A model generated the notes under the pieces. It did no database searches. It saw nothing but the letters and a program-made list of their open reading frames with translations, and had not been told where the DNA came from. The position numbers and the translations under genes were made by a program. A stretch of 64,000 nt of DNA from positions 944-64,943 of the forward strand of contig CAZCGK010000006.1 in assembly GCA_964498245.1 (NCBI GenBank), in the 5' to 3' direction. The stretch's first letter is position 1, and every line of letters begins with the position of its first letter. This DNA comes from an uncultured archaeon. GTDB taxonomy: Archaea; Aenigmatarchaeota; Aenigmatarchaeia; QMZP01. This document shows positions 57,634-64,000 of the stretch, in pieces.

Positions 57634-59906
57634 GAGAAATGATAGATATAGAATCTGTAAAAATTGGTGCATTGCTACATGATATAGGAAAACCTTTAGT
57701 TGGTAGGAAAGAATTTATTGGTAAAACACATTCAAGAATAGGATATGAATTATTACAACCTTTAAAATCTTTGCTTGGTGAGAAATCACTCAAGGCTGTT
57801 TTATATCATATGTACGAAGAAAGAAAACGTGAATGTATAGATTATAATAAGCTAGATGATGAATGTATTATCGTTGATATAGCCGACAATCTTGCTTCTG
57901 CATCTGATAGAGAAGAAAAGGAAAGCGATGAAAAAAGTTCTTATATTATCGATCCTATAACAAAGAAAACAGTCGAACCTTATCTACATGGCATAAAACA
58001 CTTGAAAAACTTACCACTTTATCTTTCAAAAATACCAAATTTCAACAAAAGTATAATACTTTCAAAGATTTTGCTTGAACCAAAACCATCAAATGGAAAC
58101 AATTCAGAAGTTAAAAGTGGTCTTAGTGAAATAACTAAACTGCTAAAAAAATGGAGAGCATCTTATTATTCTCCCAACCATTCTTTATACCATCATATAA
58201 AACTTACAGCAGCAATAGCAACATGTATCGCATATGACATGAAAAACGGCATTATTAATATAGAGAATGTCAAAAATTATGACGTTAAATTTGCTCTCGT
58301 CTCAGGAGATATAAGAGGTATACAAAACTTTATTTCGCAATCAAGAAAATTCAGAGATTTGCATAATTCCAGCCAGATAATAATGGATGTAATAAATAAT
58401 TTAGCTGAATGTATAGAATCAAAATATGGAATTCAGAATGTTCTGTATAAAGGTGGTGGAAATTTTTTGGTATTACTTCCTTACTCTGAATATGAAAAGG
58501 ATATAGAAAAACTTGAAAACAGATTTCAGCAGTATTTATCCGGTATGGGATGGAAAAAGGGTATTAAAAAACCATTTTCTGTTTTGTTTTCTGTGAGCAT
58601 TTTGAGAAAAACAGGTAGTGAGAATAAAACAAACTCACACGAAATAAGTAATTTCGGTAAATGCTGGGAGCGATTGCAGAAAATATCATTTTATGGAAAG
58701 TCAAGAGGTTTCAAAAAGATTATTGAAAAAAATTATCATGAAATTGATGATTATTTTCCTGATATTGTTCATGCAAGACAATATGAAGAATTTATATGTT
58801 CCCTTTGCGGTGAAAGAGAAGGCATGTATAAAACGGATAAAGAAAAACGAGAGATTCTTTGCGAGATATGCTACAGAAAAAGAAACAGAAAAACCAGAAC
58901 GTATGTTGACCTTGGAGAAATTGCAATAGCTTCTATCAAAGACAAGGTAATTAATTTTATGGGTGTCAAAGAATTTGAAAAGATTGTAGGAAAATCAATA
59001 AATGATATCTCGTATGATGATTTGATCAAAATAAAAGAGAATATCACAAAAAAGAATGTGAAAAAGGAGGTTAAGGAATTTTTTGCAAAGCTCAAGATAC
59101 CAAAAGAAATAGCGGTATTAAAAATCGATGGAGATAACCTTGGTAGATGGTTTTCTGGAAAGGGGATAAAAGAAGAGTGTGAAAAGGAAAAGCGAAGAGT
59201 TAGGAAAACTACAGAAAAAGGGAAAGAGGAAGAATGTAAAGTTACAATAGCAACAATTTCTTATCTAAGCGAACAGATAAAGAGTTTGGAAAGAGATATA
59301 ATAAAAACCATCAAAAAATGTAAAGGAGAATGCGTATACACAGGTGGTGATGATACTCTTGCCGTGTTACCTTTATCCCAAGCTGTTCGGTGTGCAATGG
59401 AGGTCAATGAACTTTTCAGAAAAAGGTTTACAGGAACCGATAATGAGCAAAAAATAACAATTTCTGCAGGCATATTTGTATGCGATCATCACTTCCATTT
59501 AAGATTTGCACTTGAAGAGGCAGAAAAAATGCTTTCTACATCGAAAGGTGAAGGTAAAAATAAATGTACAATTGGAGTTATGGGCAAGGTTGGAAATTAT
59601 ATAACATATGAATGGAAAGAGCTTGAAAGATTATGGAATGGTATAAACCTGATAAAAATTCCGAGGAATGAACTATACAAATTAAGAACAATTCTTCACA
59701 GCAAATCTGATGAAACGGAAAAACTGAACGAAATTAGAGCGTTCTTGATATATCAGCTTTCGAGAAAGAAAGAAGATGAGATAGAGGAATTCAGGAATTT
59801 TGTTGAGTTTATTCTTCGGGAAATAAAGAATGATGGTATCAGATTTTTGAACAAGTTTTTCCAGCTTGTGGAAATAAAAACTGAGGAGGTGGATAATGAA
59901 AAGTGA
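57630..59906 (+). CDS. cas10: Type III CRISPR large subunit Cas10 with HD nuclease and intact cyclase palm
   Basis: LLHDIGK...HSRIG...ADNLAS (HD); SGDIRGIQNFI; YKGGGNF; Zn ribbon CSLC...CEIC; KIDGDNLG; YTGGDD. Confidence 0.96.
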   Translation: MREMIDIESVKIGALLHDIGKPLVGRKEFIGKTHSRIGYELLQPLKSLLGEKSLKAVLYHMYEERKRECIDYNKLDDECIIVDIADNLASASDREEKESDEKSSYIIDPITKKTVEPYLHGIKHLKNLPLYLSKIPNFNKSIILSKILLEPKPSNGNNSEVKSGLSEITKLLKKWRASYYSPNHSLYHHIKLTAAIATCIAYDMKNGIINIENVKNYDVKFALVSGDIRGIQNFISQSRKFRDLHNSSQIIMDVINNLAECIESKYGIQNVLYKGGGNFLVLLPYSEYEKDIEKLENRFQQYLSGMGWKKGIKKPFSVLFSVSILRKTGSENKTNSHEISNFGKCWERLQKISFYGKSRGFKKIIEKNYHEIDDYFPDIVHARQYEEFICSLCGEREGMYKTDKEKREILCEICYRKRNRKTRTYVDLGEIAIASIKDKVINFMGVKEFEKIVGKSINDISYDDLIKIKENITKKNVKKEVKEFFAKLKIPKEIAVLKIDGDNLGRWFSGKGIKEECEKEKRRVRKTTEKGKEEECKVTIATISYLSEQIKSLERDIIKTIKKCKGECVYTGGDDTLAVLPLSQAVRCAMEVNELFRKRFTGTDNEQKITISAGIFVCDHHFHLRFALEEAEKMLSTSKGEGKNKCTIGVMGKVGNYITYEWKELERLWNGINLIKIPRNELYKLRTILHSKSDETEKLNEIRAFLIYQLSRKKEDEIEEFRNFVEFILREIKNDGIRFLNKFFQLVEIKTEEVDNEK

Positions 59907-60354
59907 ATATGAACTGGGGAAGCAAATTGCAAAAGAACTAGCAAATGCAGGTGTTTCAGAGACCAAATACAGACAACTGTATAACATAATCATCAACAGT
60001 TCAGCATATCAAGATGTTGAAAGAAGGCTTAAGAAAAAAGAAGGCTCGGATACAGAAAGAGACAAACAAATAGAAAATGAAATACTTGAAGTGTTCAACA
60101 GACTGAAGGGTGTATTAATTTACAGTGCAACCCGAGGAGAATTGGCTAGTGGTGATAATAAACGAGAAAGATTTGAGAAATCACAGAAAGTTACAGAATT
60201 CTTTTTGCAAAAGCTATCCCAATACAAACCAGAGATTGAGGATTTCAGAAGGTTCAAAAAAGTAATGGAGTATGCAACCATGTTCTTTAAATTTTACAGT
60301 GATCCCAAACTGAAAAATTTCCGAGAGAGTCTTGAAAATAAAAACCTGATATAG
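59896..60354 (+). CDS. csm2: Type III small subunit (Csm2/Cas11)
   Basis: Alpha-helical 152 aa directly after cas10; TKYRQLY...L..L.Y...R...F....EY...F.K. Confidence 0.7.
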   Translation: MKSEYELGKQIAKELANAGVSETKYRQLYNIIINSSAYQDVERRLKKKEGSDTERDKQIENEILEVFNRLKGVLIYSATRGELASGDNKRERFEKSQKVTEFFLQKLSQYKPEIEDFRRFKKVMEYATMFFKFYSDPKLKNFRESLENKNLI

Positions 60355-60365
60355 GAGGTGAAATT

Positions 60366-61022
60366 ATGGAAAGTAGAGCAAAATTGAAAGAAAGGGTTGT
60401 TTTAAACTGCGTGTTAACCGTGAAAAGTCAGCTGCATATAGGTGCGGGAAAGGAAGCCATAACTCCAGGAACGACAGACCTGGTTGTGATAAGGGATTCC
60501 AACGACATGGTATACATTCCCGGATCTTCGATAAGGGGCTGTCTGAGAATGGAAGCAGAAAAGCTTTCAGATGAGGAAACCATAGAAAAAATTTTTGGTA
60601 GAGCTGATAAAGAGAGTTTGGCATCAAAAATTATTGTAAGAAACGGTTATTTGAAAGAAGAGGAAGTGATAGGACTGGACACACGACCCGGTATTCAAAT
60701 AGACAGGGAAACAGGTAGTGTAAAAAAAGGTGCCCTGTTTTTCACAGAAGCAATACCAAGGGGTACAAAGTTTTACTTTCAGATAATTGTAGACAATCCT
60801 ACAGATGAAGAGCTCCAGCTTATACTTGCAGCAATCAGAGCAGTTAATGACAGAGGACTAGGTCACGGTGTTTCAAGAGGATTCGGACATGTTGTGATCA
60901 AAATAAAAGACGATTCTGTAATCAAAACGCCAACATCCTACATCACAGGGGAAACAGAAAGTTTCATTGAGAAATACAAAAAACTGAATCTCGATGACCT
61001 TATTATAAAAGCGAGTGATTGA
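60366..61022 (+). CDS. csm3: Cas7-group RAMP (Csm3)
   Basis: LHIGAG, TTDLVVIRD (candidate catalytic Asp), YIPGSSIRG, R.GI.IDR.TG, G-rich loop GLGHGVSRGFG. Confidence 0.92.
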   Translation: MESRAKLKERVVLNCVLTVKSQLHIGAGKEAITPGTTDLVVIRDSNDMVYIPGSSIRGCLRMEAEKLSDEETIEKIFGRADKESLASKIIVRNGYLKEEEVIGLDTRPGIQIDRETGSVKKGALFFTEAIPRGTKFYFQIIVDNPTDEELQLILAAIRAVNDRGLGHGVSRGFGHVVIKIKDDSVIKTPTSYITGETESFIEKYKKLNLDDLIIKASD

Positions 61023-61023
61023 A

Positions 61024-61764
61024 ATGCAAATCGCACCTGAATTAAAGGAGAGAAGAATCGTTAAATGTGAAATGAAATTGTTAGAGACAGGTAGGAAGTG
61101 GCTGATACTTGATTCTTCCATGAATCTGCAGATACCTGGTTCATGGATAAAGGGTATAATAAGAAGAGAAGCCGAAGAAAGACAGTACTTAATTATAGAT
61201 AATCAGAAGTTTGTAAAATGTGCTGTAGGGCAGAAATTCGATTTCAGAGCATTAAAACACGGAAACAGTTATAAAGAATTCTGGGACGAAAGAGAGAAAA
61301 AATGGAAGGAACCAGCAAAATATATACCGCCTTTTGCTAATATAAAAAGGACATACACTTACAGCAGAAAATATAAGAGACACTACGGTACATTTTGCGG
61401 AAACTTGAGACAGGAACGACAAATTAATAATGAAAAACAAAAACTTGAAATAATATGCGATGTCTGCAAAATATTCGGTTGCGCAGGGGGATTTTACAGT
61501 TATGCAAGTAAAGCAAAATTCAGCAATGGATTTATGAACAATGTAAACTTTACTTTCTCTATAGTATTTGATATCAGTAACGAAGAAGATACACGTCTTT
61601 ATAACAGGCTTATTGAAGTTTTAAAAGCATTCGAAAACGGAAACACAATTCTTGAGAAGGAGATTCTACCAAGACATAGATTAAATAGAACACTGGGTTT
61701 TTCCTTGAAAGTGGTTGAAGAAAAAACTATAAAACCTGAGGATTATCTGGGAGGTGAAATATGA
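61024..61764 (+). CDS. Atypical/degenerate Cas7-like RAMP with basic-aromatic insertion
   Basis: LQIPGSWIKGIIRREAE and CDVCKIFG...SKAKFS are RAMP-core motifs; lacks the N-terminal xHIG motif and the C-terminal G-rich loop. Confidence 0.6.
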   Translation: MQIAPELKERRIVKCEMKLLETGRKWLILDSSMNLQIPGSWIKGIIRREAEERQYLIIDNQKFVKCAVGQKFDFRALKHGNSYKEFWDEREKKWKEPAKYIPPFANIKRTYTYSRKYKRHYGTFCGNLRQERQINNEKQKLEIICDVCKIFGCAGGFYSYASKAKFSNGFMNNVNFTFSIVFDISNEEDTRLYNRLIEVLKAFENGNTILEKEILPRHRLNRTLGFSLKVVEEKTIKPEDYLGGEI

Positions 61765-62834
61765 GTCCTGTAATTCTGGATGTAACAATCAAACTCCTCT
61801 CACCTATGTACATAGGTGTCGGGTATGAGTTTACTCACTTAAAGCGTTGCAAGGATTATATTCCGGGAATAGTTCTGAGAGGCGCGTTTGAAACAGCTAT
61901 CACGGAAATTTATGGAGATAAAGATATTGTGGAAAGTGTTCATAACAAAATATTTCAGAAATACGAAATGAAAAATGGTAAAATCATAAATAGCAATAAA
62001 AAGGGAAATGCCTATTTTCGTCCAGCATATCCAATGATTGAAGAAACGAAACTGTTACCCTGTCCACAAAATGTCTCATATTGTCCTAAATGTGGAAAAT
62101 TGCTTCGCGATAAACCTATTTGTCCAGAACATAACGAAAAATGTAAAAGAATAAAATGGATTTCTGAAGAAGGATTGGAAATGGTTATGAATAATGGAGA
62201 AGTGAATGAGAAACTGAATGGTGAAATTCCGAAAAAAAGAAAAATATGGAGAATATCTCTTGAAACCAGTAAGGGCACGGTGAAGGAAGGACCCTTTGTA
62301 TATGAAGCAATTGAAAAAGATGAATGTTTTCATACCCGGATAATTTTGTTGAAGGACTTTGTAAAGGAGTTCATAAACGCTGCTAAATACTTAGAAGACA
62401 GTGGTATCGGTGCACTTACAAAAATGGGATTTGGTGAAGTTGAGATAAAAATCAAACAATCTCAACACGAACCAAACACTATTAAATCATTGGATAAGGA
62501 TGAAATTTCTATAACAGCTCTATCTCCAATAATTACTTCTTCACCTGATGTTTTAAAGGAAGTTTCTAAATCGGATTTGCGAATAAATTATGAACCTGAG
62601 TTGAGAAGACTTGAACTATCTGGATACAACGGCTCTGTTGTGCCTGTTCGAGGATGGTCTTTAGAATATAAAAGGAGAAATCTTCAGTTTGCACTGGATA
62701 AAGGTTCTGTTATATTTTATAAAATTGGAAAAAACATTGATAAGGAAAAACTCATCGACGAGATTAAAAGAGCTCAAATATTCGGTATAGGTAAAAATTC
62801 GATGTTTGGCTTTGGTTGGATCATGTTCCATTAA
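61761..62834 (+). CDS. Cas5-group RAMP with two G-rich loops (Csx10/Csm4-like)
   Basis: LLSPMYIG, DYIPGIVLRGA, CPKC...CPEH, GIGALTKMGFG and GIGKNSMFGFG. Confidence 0.75.
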   Translation: MSPVILDVTIKLLSPMYIGVGYEFTHLKRCKDYIPGIVLRGAFETAITEIYGDKDIVESVHNKIFQKYEMKNGKIINSNKKGNAYFRPAYPMIEETKLLPCPQNVSYCPKCGKLLRDKPICPEHNEKCKRIKWISEEGLEMVMNNGEVNEKLNGEIPKKRKIWRISLETSKGTVKEGPFVYEAIEKDECFHTRIILLKDFVKEFINAAKYLEDSGIGALTKMGFGEVEIKIKQSQHEPNTIKSLDKDEISITALSPIITSSPDVLKEVSKSDLRINYEPELRRLELSGYNGSVVPVRGWSLEYKRRNLQFALDKGSVIFYKIGKNIDKEKLIDEIKRAQIFGIGKNSMFGFGWIMFH

Positions 62835-63025
62835 ATGTTATCAATATGAAACTCATATTGATAGAAGAAGGCTTGCTACGATGACCTTTCCTTATTGAGG
62901 GCGGGCTATTGCCCGCCCGTTTGCATATTTATAAATACCCATTCCATATTCTGATGTAAATTTTCTCATTCAATAAAAACCGATTTTAGATAATTTTTGA
63001 GCTTAAAATTCAATTTTAAGGTGCT
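62835..63025 (+). promoter_or_regulatory. CRISPR leader, preceded by two hairpins
   Basis: AT-rich non-coding stretch before repeat 1; TTTATAAA at about 62928; hairpins TATCAATATG/CATATTGATA (62839-62863) and GGGCGGGC/GCCCGCCC (62899-62918). Confidence 0.7.
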
Positions 63026-64000
63026 GAAGAAATCGGAAATAGGAAAGGAGTACATGGCAACTTTCTCCTAGATATGCATTAGGATAACCTTTGTTTCTAC
63101 ATGAAGAAATCGGAAATAGGAAAGGAGTACATGGCAACGTAGCTGTTGTATGCTCTTGCTATTATTTTGCTATTTTCTTGAAGAAATCGGAAATAGGAAA
63201 GGAGTACATGGCAACCTCCTTATAATTCTTTTCGCAATTTCTGGAGTTACCAATTGAAGAAATCGGAAATAGGAAAGGAGTACATGGCAACAATTATTCC
63301 TCCGAGCACTCCAAGATAAGGCGCTTTTGAAGAAATCGGAAATAGGAAAGGAGTACATGGCAACTGAGTTTCTCTTTGCAGATATTCCTTAGTTTTTTGA
63401 GTAGAAGAAATCGGAAATAGGAAAGGAGTACATGGCAACTCCACACTCCAAAACCCAAGGGTCATTTTTGAAATCACTGGAAGAAATCGGAAATAGGAAA
63501 GGAGTACATGGCAACGAATGTCTCTGAGTGCGATCAGTTCATCATAATCTTTATAGAAGAAATCGGAAATAGGAAAGGAGTACATGGCAACGTGTGGAGT
63601 GAAATTTAAAATTTTTACATTTTTCATTTTTTGAAGAAATCGGAAATAGGAAAGGAGTACATGGCAACTTATGAAACATTTGTCTGTCAGAATGTCTACA
63701 TACATGCTCGAAGAAATCGGAAATAGGAAAGGAGTACATGGCAACAGTTAAATATTTGCTTTTCTTCCCCAGCATTGAGAGTATAAGGAAGAAATCGGAA
63801 ATAGGAAAGGAGTACATGGCAACTTATTCACCTCCCGATTCATTCTATCTTACCTTTTCCCAGAAGAAATCGGAAATAGGAAAGGAGTACATGGCAACTT
63901 GTTTTCAGATTTCATGGTTTTAGCCATGAAATCACCTCGAAGAAATCGGAAATAGGAAAGGAGTACATGGCAACTGTAAATTACTGTTTTCGTATCGTCG
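63026..64000 (+). CRISPR. CRISPR array: 13 identical 36-bp repeats GAAGAAATCGGAAATAGGAAAGGAGTACATGGCAAC, 12 complete spacers (37-42 bp) plus one truncated
   Basis: Repeat starts at 63026, 63103, 63180, 63256, 63329, 63404, 63480, 63556, 63633, 63710, 63788, 63863, 63939. The 3' end ATGGCAAC resembles the 8-nt ATTGAAAC-type handle, which with the leader position supports + orientation. Confidence 0.99.

Noticed and set aside
61761-62834. Call as Cas6 because of the terminal GIGKNSMFGFG loop
   Set aside because: The N-terminal SPMYIG / YIPGxxLRGA motifs and a second internal G-rich loop are typical of Csx10/Csm4/Cmr3-type Cas5-group RAMPs. A moonlighting processing role cannot be excluded.
63170-63923. 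ORFs running through the CRISPR array (e.g. 63247-63744)
   Set aside because: Artefacts of the stop-free repeat; the translations repeat LPCTPFLFPISS / MYSFPISDFF.
63062-64000. Self-targeting spacers
   Set aside because: By eye, no spacer matches the window beyond short SD-like or A/T-run coincidences. A genome-wide alignment is still needed.

Overview
This is an archaeal chromosomal segment. By inference from gene content and the Cys-rich surface proteins it is probably DPANN (Aenigmatarchaeota-like) and possibly thermophilic. Left to right: (1) an AT-rich defence islet with a partial membrane-protein ORF, a beta-class DNA methyltransferase, a PD-(D/E)XK endonuclease and an unannotated 50-aa RHH regulator, followed by a 99-bp attC-like cruciform; (2) housekeeping genes psmB, aCPSF1, sepF and the psmA-SBDS-rrp4/41/42-rpl37ae-rpoP-pfdB superoperon; (3) a 13-kb three-gene cell-surface cluster with a 2550-aa poly-macroglobulin-domain protein between two membrane-anchored proteins that share a 6-Cys module; (4) IPCT/DIPPS-like genes, prepilin peptidase, GT4, large membrane and Cys-repeat proteins, porC/D/A without porB, nfo, Sec61beta and a secretion/pilus ATPase; (5) a glycosylation cluster, a possible nuclease/Panacea-like pair, bacterial-type MetRS, a B12 radical SAM protein, an aRF1 with GGWSQ instead of GGQ, and a ferritin-like protein; (6) a compact type III CRISPR-Cas locus (cas4-cas1-cas2 divergent from csm6-csa3-cas10-csm2-cas7-atypical RAMP-csx10-like) with no cas6 in the window, ending in an array of 13 36-bp repeats cut by the window edge. 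No tRNA or rRNA was recognised. All family calls come from motif recognition by eye; no database search was run.
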